A DNA stretch of 64,000 nucleotides from Candidatus Peregrinibacteria bacterium CG1_02_54_53 (GTDB lineage: Bacteria; Patescibacteriota; Gracilibacteria; Peribacterales; Peribacteraceae), in the NCBI GenBank assembly GCA_001872575.1, contig MNWP01000020.1:8747-72746 (forward strand), written 5' to 3'. Below, one piece after another: positions 46,761 to 56,005 of the stretch. The notes under the pieces are model-generated. The model did not search any database. It saw nothing but the letters and a program-made list of their open reading frames with translations, and had not been told where the DNA came from. The position numbers and the translations under genes were made by a program. How positions within the stretch are numbered: position 1 is the stretch's first letter; each line of letters opens with the position of its first letter.

Positions 46761-46850
46761 GTTCGGAAACTGAGGATAGCAGACGAAACGCGATCTTCTA
46801 AAGGAAAGGGTAGCTTTCTATGCCACGGCGAAGCTGTAAGTGAAGTCGGG

Positions 46851-47477
46851 CTACCACTCTCTTCCGTACCACGGCTCGAGAAGGTTCTGCGAAAACTTCT
46901 GATGACCGAGGAATACAGGCAGAACATCTGCAAGCGGCTGAAGTGTGACAGGAGCCGGTTGTTTGGCCCGAAAGAGATCTGCGTGTTCGGGAATGAGCTC
47001 ACCTGCCCAAGCTGTATTCCTTGGCATTTGCTCCAGAAGCACATCCGTCGAGAGATTCGTTGCCTCCGGCCAAAGCGCAGCGAATAAACCGAATCCCCGT
47101 ACGAAGAGTTCGTGTTTCTTTGTTGAATGGAGCCACACAAAATCCTGATTGGACGCACGGATCTGAAAGAGATCGCTTAGATGAATTCCTCCGCCAAAAA
47201 TCCTGAGTCGATGTATGAGCGTATTTGCGAACGCCACGGCAACCCGAAGACTCATAAACCCGCCGGGGCCCGTGACACAGGCGACATGAGTGAGATCCTG
47301 CGTCTTCCACCCTGCCACATCGAGCGTCTTTTTAAGGAGCGGGATCAACTCCTGATCCCCGATACGGTGATTAATCGGCTCTGAGGCGACGACAGATTGA
47401 GAGTCGCTGCAGGCAAGCAGTCCATCATGACTGGCTAAGTTGATAAAGAGGCACCGCACAGCGACAGTATGAGGCAT
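46851..47477 (-). CDS. tsaB: tRNA t6A37 biosynthesis protein TsaB (YeaZ)-like
   Basis: ...DLTHVACVTGPGGFMSLRVAVAFANTL... is the TsaB/YeaZ core motif. 208 aa. Confidence 0.65.
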   Translation of the reverse strand: MPHTVAVRCLFINLASHDGLLACSDSQSVVASEPINHRIGDQELIPLLKKTLDVAGWKTQDLTHVACVTGPGGFMSLRVAVAFANTLIHRLRIFGGGIHLSDLFQIRASNQDFVWLHSTKKHELFVRGFGLFAALWPEATNLSTDVLLEQMPRNTAWAGELIPEHADLFRAKQPAPVTLQPLADVLPVFLGHQKFSQNLLEPWYGREW

Positions 47478-47563
47478 TACCTATTTTGTATCACGTATTT
47501 CGGGAAAAGCTTCTTTAAGGAGGCCATACGATATGCGCAATACGTGATACGGTATACGCAGCA

Positions 47564-48433
47564 ATGCCCTCCCTTTCCGTCGTTATTCCCACCCACCGGC
47601 GAGCAAATATCCTGAAGCTGTGCCTGAAGTATCTCGAGATGCAAACCATGGCCGACGAACTGGAAGTGATCGTCGTGAGTGACGGACCGGATGCCGAAAC
47701 CGCTGCTCTTTTTCATGGGTCTGCGCCTCTCGCTTTACCCCCTGTCACCTACCTCGAGATCCCCAAGTCTCAGCAGGGCGTGGCGCGGAATGCAGGGGTG
47801 AAACGCGCAACGGCTCCATTTGTTCTCTTTATCGGTGACGATATTTTGCTCGAACAAAATGCTTGCGAGAGGCATCTCGCTGCGCATCGGTCTCAAACAT
47901 ATTCATCGCCCACCGCCGTACTCGGATTTACGACATGGGATCCGGTCGTTGAAATCACGCCCGTCATGCGCTGGCTCGAAAAGAGCGGCTGGCAGTTCGG
48001 CTATCTTCAAATACGAAAGTACTCGCACACGTTTCTCCCGAAAAAGATTCAAGAGCGCTTCACCTACACCAGCAATATCAGTGTCCCCACTGATGAGGCC
48101 CGGAAATTCAAATTTCGCGAAGACATGACGCTCTACGGCTGGGAGGACATTGAGTGGGGAATGCGTATGAAACAGGCAGGTATTCGCCTGTACTACGAAC
48201 CGGATGCCACGGCACTCCATCATCATCATATGAGGCTGGAAGATTCCCTCATACGTGCAGAAGAGCTTGGACGCTCGCTGACAAAACTCGCACAAGTGAA
48301 TTCGGATTTCCGACGGAAGCTTGCCGGGTGGAGATTGGTCATCCGACGCTTTCGTATGATGCTCCCAACTATGGAGGGAAAACACCATCGCGCCTTACTG
48401 CATGGAATACAATCGGCGACTAAAAACTCCTAG
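47564..48433 (+). CDS. Glycosyltransferase family 2
   Basis: MPSLSVVIPTHRRANILKLCLKYL...VIVVSDGPD...FIGDDIL (DXD-like). Confidence 0.85.
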   Translation: MPSLSVVIPTHRRANILKLCLKYLEMQTMADELEVIVVSDGPDAETAALFHGSAPLALPPVTYLEIPKSQQGVARNAGVKRATAPFVLFIGDDILLEQNACERHLAAHRSQTYSSPTAVLGFTTWDPVVEITPVMRWLEKSGWQFGYLQIRKYSHTFLPKKIQERFTYTSNISVPTDEARKFKFREDMTLYGWEDIEWGMRMKQAGIRLYYEPDATALHHHHMRLEDSLIRAEELGRSLTKLAQVNSDFRRKLAGWRLVIRRFRMMLPTMEGKHHRALLHGIQSATKNS

Positions 48434-48598
48434 AACAGGAAATACAATAATGATCCGTCGCGAAGCGGTGGATGGCTTCGCCGGGCCCCATCGCTGCCCG
48501 CCCGGCCGAGCCGTTCGGACGGGGAGCGACACCTTAAGAGGAAGGGTGGGCCCATGGGAGGGACACCAGGGGTGGCCATCCCATGCTATTCTCTCCTC

Positions 48599-49780
48599 AT
48601 GTTCCGTCGAACGGATTTTCTCCTGCTCGGCATTACGGTCGTTCTGACGCTCTTCGGGCTCGCCATGATTTCGAGCGTGAGTGTCTTCGAGAGCTACCAG
48701 ATCACACAGCGGCTTGTTGCGCAGGGGGTACGTGACGCGCCGAGTAATTCCTTCTACCTGTGGCGCAGTTTTCGGCATGTGGTCTTCGGATTCGGTGCAA
48801 TGGGCATCACCATGCTCATTCCTTACCGCCTGTGGCAGAAGTTGGCCTTTCCGATGTTCGGCGCCACGCTGCTTTTGCTCTTTGCCGTCTTTGTGCCGGG
48901 CCTGCGCGCGGAGTACGGAACCGCGCAGAGTTGGCTGCGACTTGGATTTTTCTCGATGCAACCTTCGGAGCTGTTGAAGTTCACTCTCATTTTCTATCTC
49001 GCACTGTGGTTGCAGAAGCGTGAACAGCTGGTCGGCACATGGAAGGAGGGATTCATCCCGTTCGCAACTCTCTTGAGTCTGAGCACCGTGCTCGTGGCTT
49101 TTCAACCGGACTTGGGATCGTTTCTCGTGCTCTCATCGATTGCGGTCGTCATGTTTTTCATTGCAGGAGGAAACATCGGTCACGTCATTCTGGGAGGAAC
49201 CATGGCCGGCATCCTCGGTTTGCCACTCATCCTCCAGAAAGAATATATTCGCAATCGATTCCGCGCATTTCTCTCGCCCGAAGATCCTTCGATCTCCGAA
49301 ACGATCGGCTTTCAGATCAAACAGGCATTGATCGCCATCGGCAGCGGAGGAGCCTTTGGTGTGGGATACGGAAAATCCGTTCAGAAGTTCGGGTACCTGC
49401 CCGAGGTACAGGCCGATACCATCTTCGCCGCCATGGCCGAGGAGTTGGGGTTCTTTCGGCTGCTTATCATTCTCGCCATGTTCGGCATTTTCATCTGGCG
49501 CGGATACCGCATCGCGCGTGAAGCGCCGGACCGTTTCGGCTTTCTTGTCGCCACGGGAATCACCACATGGATCGCATTCCAGACAATACTGAATATCGCG
49601 GTGAATCTGGCCCTGTTCCCGCTCACAGGAATTACATTGCCCTTCATCAGCTACGGTGGTTCGTCGCTCATTTCGCTCCTCCTTGCCGTCGGTGTTCTGC
49701 TCAATATTTCCATGCACTCCACACAGGCGGCCACGGTGGCACGGCGAACGGAGAAAAGGATGTCTTTCTCGCGCGCATGA
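48599..49780 (+). CDS. ftsW: SEDS-family peptidoglycan polymerase FtsW/RodA
   Basis: ...MQPSELLKF...IKQALIAIGSGGAFGVGYGKSVQKFGYLPEVQADTIFAAMAEELGF...PFISYGGSS. The start is placed at 48599 (the track start is 48554). Confidence 0.9.
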   Translation: MFRRTDFLLLGITVVLTLFGLAMISSVSVFESYQITQRLVAQGVRDAPSNSFYLWRSFRHVVFGFGAMGITMLIPYRLWQKLAFPMFGATLLLLFAVFVPGLRAEYGTAQSWLRLGFFSMQPSELLKFTLIFYLALWLQKREQLVGTWKEGFIPFATLLSLSTVLVAFQPDLGSFLVLSSIAVVMFFIAGGNIGHVILGGTMAGILGLPLILQKEYIRNRFRAFLSPEDPSISETIGFQIKQALIAIGSGGAFGVGYGKSVQKFGYLPEVQADTIFAAMAEELGFFRLLIILAMFGIFIWRGYRIAREAPDRFGFLVATGITTWIAFQTILNIAVNLALFPLTGITLPFISYGGSSLISLLLAVGVLLNISMHSTQAATVARRTEKRMSFSRA

Positions 49781-49817
49781 AAACGTGATATCTGTATGAT
49801 GAAGTACTGCAAGACCT

Positions 49818-50864
49818 ATGTCTCCCCAGTGCATTCTGTTCGTCGGCGGCGGCTCTCTCGGACACATCGCGCCCTCCATTGCCATTGCAAAAGAACTTCA
49901 ACAACAGAAGCCGGATTTGGACGTGCGATTCGTTGTGGGTGATCGACCCGAAGAGGTGGAATTCGTGAGTCGGCAGGGCTTCAGTGCCGTTTCATTCAGT
50001 GCACCACGTCTCGGGTGGAACTTTCTCTGGGCATTCTGGAGGGCAACACGCAGAGCGCACACGCTTCTGCGAGAAACGCAGCCAAGCGTCATCTTTGATA
50101 AGGGAGGATTCGTCAGTGTGCCGATTTGTTTCGTGGCGAGAAAGAAACGCATTCCAATTGTGCTGCATGAATCGGATGCAGTGAGTGGTTGGGCCAATTG
50201 GCTGGTCGGCAAATGGGCACGTGCCATCTGCCTGGGATTTGAAGGCAGCATGTCGGGAACCAAGACGCGCTTCACCGGCAACCCGATTCGCCCTTCGGTC
50301 ATGGAGGGATCTCGCCAGAAGGGTATGGCTCTCACAGGTCTCTCGCGCATGCGACCGATTCTGCTTGTTCTTGGGGGCAGCCAGGGCGCGCTGGCACTCA
50401 ATCGTGCCATTGCGGCACACCTGTCATCCCTTCTGGAATTTTGTGACATTATTCACCTCACGGGACACGGCAAGAGTGTCGTTGCACAGAATCCTCCGGG
50501 CTACTGGCAGTGTCAGTTCGCGGGAGAGGATTATCCGCATCTCCTTGCCGCTGCAGATCTCGCCTTGAGCAGAGCCGGGGCAGGAACTATCGCCGAGCTT
50601 GCCGCCATCGGACTGCCAACGATTCTCGTTCCGCTTGAAGGCGTGGCACACAATCATCAACGAAGAAATGCCGAAAATGCCGTTCGATCGGGGGGCTGTA
50701 TTCTTATGGAACAGAATCGACTCAGTACGTCGCTCGTTCCTACGATTCGCCACCTAATCGAGGCAGTTGAATCGCGCCAAATGATGGGCTCCGCAATTCA
50801 TACGCTGTATCGATCCGATGCCGCTCGACAGATTGCCGAAGTCATTGTACAGAAACTTGCCTGA
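49818..50864 (+). CDS. murG: UDP-GlcNAc:lipid I N-acetylglucosaminyltransferase MurG
   Basis: [22 protein letters not shown]...LVLGGSQGA...[23 protein letters not shown]. Confidence 0.9.
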   Translation: MSPQCILFVGGGSLGHIAPSIAIAKELQQQKPDLDVRFVVGDRPEEVEFVSRQGFSAVSFSAPRLGWNFLWAFWRATRRAHTLLRETQPSVIFDKGGFVSVPICFVARKKRIPIVLHESDAVSGWANWLVGKWARAICLGFEGSMSGTKTRFTGNPIRPSVMEGSRQKGMALTGLSRMRPILLVLGGSQGALALNRAIAAHLSSLLEFCDIIHLTGHGKSVVAQNPPGYWQCQFAGEDYPHLLAAADLALSRAGAGTIAELAAIGLPTILVPLEGVAHNHQRRNAENAVRSGGCILMEQNRLSTSLVPTIRHLIEAVESRQMMGSAIHTLYRSDAARQIAEVIVQKLA

Positions 50865-50899
50865 TCCCCGCATGGCGGGTAGCCTGCCGCGGTCACATT

Positions 50900-51586
50900 A
50901 TGAATAAGTACTACGTCTTCCTTATTCCGCTTTTTGCGCTTGCGCTCCTCGTTGGATGCGGACAGCAGGCTCCTTCTGCAGAGAACCTGCCTCCTGAGGC
51001 CGAAAATCCCAGCGAGCCCACTGCTGAAGAGCCGGCTCCTGAAGAAGAATCCCCCTCCGCAGCCATGCCCGAGCCCGCCCCCATCGGTTTTGACGGAAAT
51101 CTGCTCTCCGGCATGCACACCGTCGTGCTGCATACGAGCATGGGAGACATCACACTCGAGATGGACGCTGACAGCGCTCCGCAGACCGTGACGAATTTCG
51201 TCGCACTGGGACGCAGCGGCTACTACAACGGTCTCACCTTCCATCGGGTGATTAAGGACTTCATGATCCAGGGAGGCGACCCCAACGGGGACGGTACAGG
51301 AGGTGAAAGTATTTACGGCCCCACATTCGAAGACGAAGTGGAAAACAATCCGATTCCTCTCGTCCGCGGCGTCATTGCCATGGCAAATCGCGGTCCGAAT
51401 ACGAACGGAAGCCAATTCTTCATCATCACGCGTGCGGATGGCACACCGTGGCTCGTGGGTAAGCACACGGGATTCGGTCACGTTACAGAAGGGATGGACG
51501 TTGTCGATGCCATCAGCGAAGTGGTGACCGGTCAGATGGAAATGCCGTTGGAACCCATTACATTCACCGTGGAGGTGATCAACTAG
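50900..51586 (+). CDS. Cyclophilin-type peptidyl-prolyl isomerase, lipoprotein with a Pro/Glu-rich linker
   Basis: Lipobox LLVGC, then [27 protein letters not shown]...[15 protein letters not shown]. Confidence 0.9.
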   Translation: MNKYYVFLIPLFALALLVGCGQQAPSAENLPPEAENPSEPTAEEPAPEEESPSAAMPEPAPIGFDGNLLSGMHTVVLHTSMGDITLEMDADSAPQTVTNFVALGRSGYYNGLTFHRVIKDFMIQGGDPNGDGTGGESIYGPTFEDEVENNPIPLVRGVIAMANRGPNTNGSQFFIITRADGTPWLVGKHTGFGHVTEGMDVVDAISEVVTGQMEMPLEPITFTVEVIN

Positions 51587-51634
51587 GTACGTAAAATCGT
51601 AAGCAAGGTGATCGTGTCCTGCTATGCTGACGGT

Positions 51635-53104
51635 ATGCGAACGCGTTTTGCGCCTTCCCCCACCGGCTTTCTGCATGTGGGAGGCCTGCGAACCGCTCTC
51701 TTCGCCTATCTGATCGCCAGGCAATCGAAGGGCCGTTTTCTTCTGCGCATTGAAGACACCGACCAGCAACGAAGTGTGGAAGGGGCGGTTGAGAACATTC
51801 TGCGAACCCTGCACTGGGCGGGGCTTGATCCCGATGAAGGTGTAATGATGAGTAAAGGTATGGTGAAGCAGGAGGGAACGAAGGGGCCTTATGTCCAATC
51901 GGAACGATTGGAGCTATACCAAAAATACGCCGGGCAGCTTCTGAAAGACGGTCATGCCTACGTCTGTTTCTGCTCCCCCGAACGACTGACAAAAATGCGT
52001 GAAGGTCAGATGGCGCGCAAGCAAGCACCAATGTATGACCGACATTGTGTTCACCTGCCAAAGAAAGAAGTCGAGCAGCGCCTTGCGCAAGGAGAACCTC
52101 ACGTCATTCGCCTTTTGGTTCCACATGACCATGTCTTCACGTACGTCGACGAGATCCGTGGCGAAGTGAGCTTTCAAGGACACACGGTCGATGATCAAGT
52201 GATACTCAAGAGTGACGGTTTCCCCACTTACCATCTTGCGCACGTAGTGGATGATCACCTTATGGAAATTGATCTCGTCATTCGCGGAGAGGAGTGGCTC
52301 AGCTCCACCCCCAAGCACTTGCTTCTCTTTGAGCGTCTGGGCTGGGAACCTCCGAAGTATGCCCACGTCCCGCTTCTGCTCAACAAAGACCGTACGAAGC
52401 TGAGTAAACGCCAACAGGACGTTGCCGCTGAGGACTACATTCAAAAAGGCTACCTGCCGGAAGCGCTCATCAATTTTTTGGCGCTCCTCGGCTGGAATCC
52501 CGGTTCGAAACAAGAGATGTTCTCGCTCGCAGAGCTCACCGAAGTCTTCTCGCTCGACCGCGTACAGAAGGCCGGAGCGATCTTTGATCTGACCAAGCTC
52601 GACTGGTTGCAGGGGCAGTGGATCCGCAAACTGCCGATCGCCGAATTTGCCGATCGGCTGCAGGAACTCACGGCGAAACGATTCCCCGGGGCTGCGCACG
52701 ACCCCCACTTCAAAGAACGCGCAGATCTCATCCATGAGCGCGTCACCTTTTTAAAAGACGGACCGGACATGCTCGCATTCTTTTATGCGGAGCCAAAGAT
52801 TTCGGTTGAACTTCTCGCCAATACCAAACAGAAAGTTTCGAAAGACCTCCTTCCCAAGATCCTGAAAACGCTAGTGGAAACACTCGAGAGCATTTCTGAA
52901 AAGGAATGGGTAATCGAGAACCTTAAAGAGCAACTACTCGCTTGCGCTAAAGAAGAGGATCTCTCGCAGGGGCAGCTTCTCTGGCCGCTTCGTGCCGCTC
53001 TCACAGGCCTGCCTTACAGCCCTGGAGCGTTTGAGGTGACTGTCGCCCTCGGACGCCCAACAACACTTAAGCGACTTGAAAATGCTCAAAAGATACTCCG
53101 TTAA
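51635..53104 (+). CDS. gltX: Glutamyl-tRNA synthetase
   Basis: MRTRFAPSPTGFLHVGGLRTALFAY...RIEDTD...KLSKRQ. The ATG at 51635 is preferred because TATGCT lies 6 nt upstream. The track start is 51608. Confidence 0.93.
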   Translation: MRTRFAPSPTGFLHVGGLRTALFAYLIARQSKGRFLLRIEDTDQQRSVEGAVENILRTLHWAGLDPDEGVMMSKGMVKQEGTKGPYVQSERLELYQKYAGQLLKDGHAYVCFCSPERLTKMREGQMARKQAPMYDRHCVHLPKKEVEQRLAQGEPHVIRLLVPHDHVFTYVDEIRGEVSFQGHTVDDQVILKSDGFPTYHLAHVVDDHLMEIDLVIRGEEWLSSTPKHLLLFERLGWEPPKYAHVPLLLNKDRTKLSKRQQDVAAEDYIQKGYLPEALINFLALLGWNPGSKQEMFSLAELTEVFSLDRVQKAGAIFDLTKLDWLQGQWIRKLPIAEFADRLQELTAKRFPGAAHDPHFKERADLIHERVTFLKDGPDMLAFFYAEPKISVELLANTKQKVSKDLLPKILKTLVETLESISEKEWVIENLKEQLLACAKEEDLSQGQLLWPLRAALTGLPYSPGAFEVTVALGRPTTLKRLENAQKILR

Positions 53105-53322
53105 CAAAAACACATACGTCCGTGAGAACAAGTGAGTGTCTCGTGACAAAATATTTGTCAGATTGATGAAGTTTACTGTTAGGAGGGTAAGGGGGGTGCC
53201 GGGGGGCATAGGGAACCGAATCTCGCCCGGATGGCCTTCGGTCGGACGGGCAAGATTCCCCGGTCCCCTGACAAAGAAAAACAAATTCATGCTAAGATCT
53301 CTCCGAACTTCCCCTCCTTGTC

Positions 53323-53787
53323 ATGCCCGAAACCGCCGACCTCGAAATCGAACTGAAAACCGAAAGCAGCAGGGCTGTGATTACTGGCAAAACCTCTGTT
53401 CCCTTTCGCACATTCGTCGGCCTCGTGCTGCAACGTAAAGTATTTCAGCTCTTCAAACAGTGGGATAAGGAGCCGGTGATTCTCTCGAGTGAGCTTCTCA
53501 CGCAGCTCGCCTCAGCCCCGCAAGACAGTCAGGAGAACCGCACGCATCTCGTGGTTGTGACATTGGGCATGGGAACACTGTTTGGAATCTTCATCTTCGC
53601 GTTGGGGCAAGCAGTGCTTTCTGCCCTCGGATTTGAGATTGGATCATCCGAGTTGATGCTCATTGACGGAGGATTGGTGGGGCTTGCGATTCTTGCAGTT
53701 GTCCTCGCCCGATTGCAGAGAATCACACGAGGCCAGCGTATTGCAGATACCATGGAACGCGCGGCGCAGTTTCTCTCGAAGAAATAG
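53323..53787 (+). CDS. Hypothetical membrane protein (2 predicted TM segments)
   Basis: 154 aa. LVVVTLGMGTLFGIFIFALGQAVL and LIDGGLVGLAILAVVLA. No homology recognised. Confidence 0.45.
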   Translation: MPETADLEIELKTESSRAVITGKTSVPFRTFVGLVLQRKVFQLFKQWDKEPVILSSELLTQLASAPQDSQENRTHLVVVTLGMGTLFGIFIFALGQAVLSALGFEIGSSELMLIDGGLVGLAILAVVLARLQRITRGQRIADTMERAAQFLSKK

Positions 53788-53840
53788 TGTAAAAAGCGGG
53801 TGGGCGAATAGAATGAAATAGTGGAGAATGATGCCCTTCC

Positions 53841-54704
53841 ATGCAAATTCAGGAACGCGTCCCTCTCGCACCCAAGACCACCATGCGCATTGGCGGCTGC
53901 GCCCGCTACTACGCGGAACTTTCGAGGCAGAGTGACGTGGAAATAGCGTGGAAATTTGCACAAGAGAAAGGTGTGCCAATGATTGCTTTGGGATCCGGTT
54001 CCAACACCGTCTTCGCTGACGGAACTATCGATGCTCTTGTCGTGCGCGTGGTCGCAAACGGCATCGATGTGAGCGGCAATATCGTACGAGCGGAGGCAGG
54101 TGCCCCACTTGCCACGGTCATAACACAACTTGCCAAACGCGGACTGGATTTTTCGGCGCTTACGGGCATTCCGGGGACTGTGGGCGGAGCCATCTTCGGT
54201 AATGCCGGACAGGGGCCGCAGGGCACATGGCTCGATCATTACGTGCAGACGGTATCGGCATTTGTCGAAGGCGAATGGAAAATATTCTCCCGGAAAGAGT
54301 GTGATTTTCGCTATCGGGATAGTGTGTTTAAGCGGTTACTGAATCCTCTGCTTTGGAAAGTGACACTGACCGTTCCGTCGCGTCCGGCGCAGGCCATTGA
54401 ACGGGAGATCACCATGCTTTTGAAAAAGCGCGCCGTTGCCCAGCCATTCACACGCACGGCCGGCTCTTGTTTCAAGGCGTTCAATGGAACCCCGGCATGG
54501 AAAATCATCGACGCGGCAGGCCTGAAAGGTCTGACCATCGGCGACCTGCAGGTAAGCGAAAAGCACGCAAACTTCCTCGTCAATAAAGAACGGGCAACAT
54601 TCGCCGATGTCCGTGCATTGATCAAAACAATCCGGGAACGCACCAACCAGCCGCTCGAACTCGAAATGCGCCTTATCGAGGAATCCGGCTCACTGCTGAG
54701 CTAA
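53841..54704 (+). CDS. murB: UDP-N-acetylenolpyruvoylglucosamine reductase MurB
   Basis: PLAPKTTMRIGGCARYYAE...LGSGSNTVF...GIPGTVGGAIFGNAG...AGSCFK...VSEKHANFLVN. Confidence 0.9.
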   Translation: MQIQERVPLAPKTTMRIGGCARYYAELSRQSDVEIAWKFAQEKGVPMIALGSGSNTVFADGTIDALVVRVVANGIDVSGNIVRAEAGAPLATVITQLAKRGLDFSALTGIPGTVGGAIFGNAGQGPQGTWLDHYVQTVSAFVEGEWKIFSRKECDFRYRDSVFKRLLNPLLWKVTLTVPSRPAQAIEREITMLLKKRAVAQPFTRTAGSCFKAFNGTPAWKIIDAAGLKGLTIGDLQVSEKHANFLVNKERATFADVRALIKTIRERTNQPLELEMRLIEESGSLLS

Positions 54705-54957
54705 AAACATGGTAACGAAGGTTGCTTTGTGGGATTGCAAAACAAGAGTACAGATTGTTCGATGATGCGCTCGATTCTTTCGCAGGAACCTATGCTCCTT
54801 CGGGCAAGTCGCTGCGTTGCTTACGGAGGGGAAAAACACGATATCGCCTCGCAAATCGAGGAGGCTCTCAACCGTCGCCATGAGCTGATTCGACAAATGT
54901 TTTCACAGCGCGTTCCCTACGAGAAGAGGAATTTTGATCCGCCTCGATGAAGAAAAT

Positions 54958-55812
54958 CTAGAAAGGCAGATCTTCCACTTTCACCTCCGAGGCATATTGA
55001 ATCTCGGGGATGTCGGCCGATGCCGGGGCGTCTGCTGCAGGCGGCGTTGCGCGGGGCGCTGCCCGTCGTTGAGCACTGGTCTCAACGGCTTCGAGAGCGG
55101 AGGCATTGCGCACACCGAGTAGAGAGCATTGATCGGCAATGATCTCGGTTGTCGTACGTTTTTGGCCTTGCTGCGTCTCCCAGCTCCTTGTCTGCACACG
55201 TCCCGAAACAAAGACGCGGCTGCCCTTATGTACCACCTTACCCACTTCTTCCGCCAATGCGCCCCAAATGACAACATTATGAAATTCTGCACGCTTCTTG
55301 GCCTCACCGGTCGATCGCTCTTTCCAACGATCGTTCGTTGCCACACCCAGTGTAAGCACTTGCTTGCCACCGGATGTCGTTCGAATCTCGGGATCGCGGG
55401 TGACATTACCGACGACATCGGCACGATTCACGGCGCTGAGCGTAAGTTTGGCTGCCTCTGGCATGGGAACCTGGCCATCCTTCGGATCAAGGAGAATCAT
55501 ATCGAGTGCGACGACTTTGGTTTTGCTGCGCTTTTCGTGGGTAGTCTGATCTTCCCATGAATCCGTCTGCAACCGCCCGCCGATGAAGATTTGTGAGCCG
55601 GGCCGCACGTATTGGCCGGCAAAATCGGCCATAGAGCCCCAAAGTGTTACGGTCTGAAAGGCTTTGCCCTGTAAGGTTTCTCCTTGCTCGGATTGAAATG
55701 CATACGGAACAACGAGATTTAAATCCACTACGCTCGTGCCACCCGGGGTTTGGCGGATCTCTACTGGTTGAGTTTGGTAACCGATCATGTGAACGCGATT
55801 AAGGGAAAACAT
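54958..55812 (-). CDS. ssb: Single-stranded DNA-binding protein with two tandem OB folds
   Basis: OB fold 1: LNRVHMIGYQTQPVEIRQTPGGTSVV...VTLWGSMADFAGQYVRPGSQIFIGGRLQTDSWED. OB fold 2: NRADVVGNVTRDPEIRTTSGGKQVLTLGVATNDRW...FHNVVIWGALAEEVGKVVHKGSRVFVSGRVQTRSWE. A Pro/Ala-rich tail ends in the acidic tip ...EVKVEDLPF. The start is placed at 55812. Confidence 0.88.
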   Translation of the reverse strand: MFSLNRVHMIGYQTQPVEIRQTPGGTSVVDLNLVVPYAFQSEQGETLQGKAFQTVTLWGSMADFAGQYVRPGSQIFIGGRLQTDSWEDQTTHEKRSKTKVVALDMILLDPKDGQVPMPEAAKLTLSAVNRADVVGNVTRDPEIRTTSGGKQVLTLGVATNDRWKERSTGEAKKRAEFHNVVIWGALAEEVGKVVHKGSRVFVSGRVQTRSWETQQGQKRTTTEIIADQCSLLGVRNASALEAVETSAQRRAAPRATPPAADAPASADIPEIQYASEVKVEDLPF

Positions 55813-56005
55813 GTCAGGAAGAGGAATGGAAATAGAGGAGGCCACAAAGGCGCGGAAGGGCACCGTACACCGGCAAAAAATTCGTGCAAACGAATAGCCT
55901 TGAGCACCCAACGCAATATGCCATGGTTATAGGTGCCGCCTATGTTGCCGTGCAACGTCTTTCTGTGGCGCAAAAGCAGAAAAAAACGGTACGATACCCC
56001 CCACG

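Noticed and set aside
50798-51898. 366-aa minus-strand ORF
   Set aside because: It is antisense to the cyclophilin gene and the gltX 5' end, both with strong plus-strand signatures.
53181-53270. Considered whether this GC-rich segment is SRP (4.5S) RNA or a tRNA
   Set aside because: It lacks the conserved SRP domain IV sequence (GGAAGCAGC-type with a GNRA loop), and no tRNA T-arm or anticodon-arm geometry is present. I kept it only as a low-interest structural observation.
54729-54950. 73-aa plus-strand ORF between murB and ssb (internal start MMRSILSQEP...)
   Set aside because: It could be a real small helical protein (…DIASQIEEALNRRHELIRQMF…). I recognise no homology, and an equally long antisense ORF (54690-54896) exists. 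The evidence is too weak to call.
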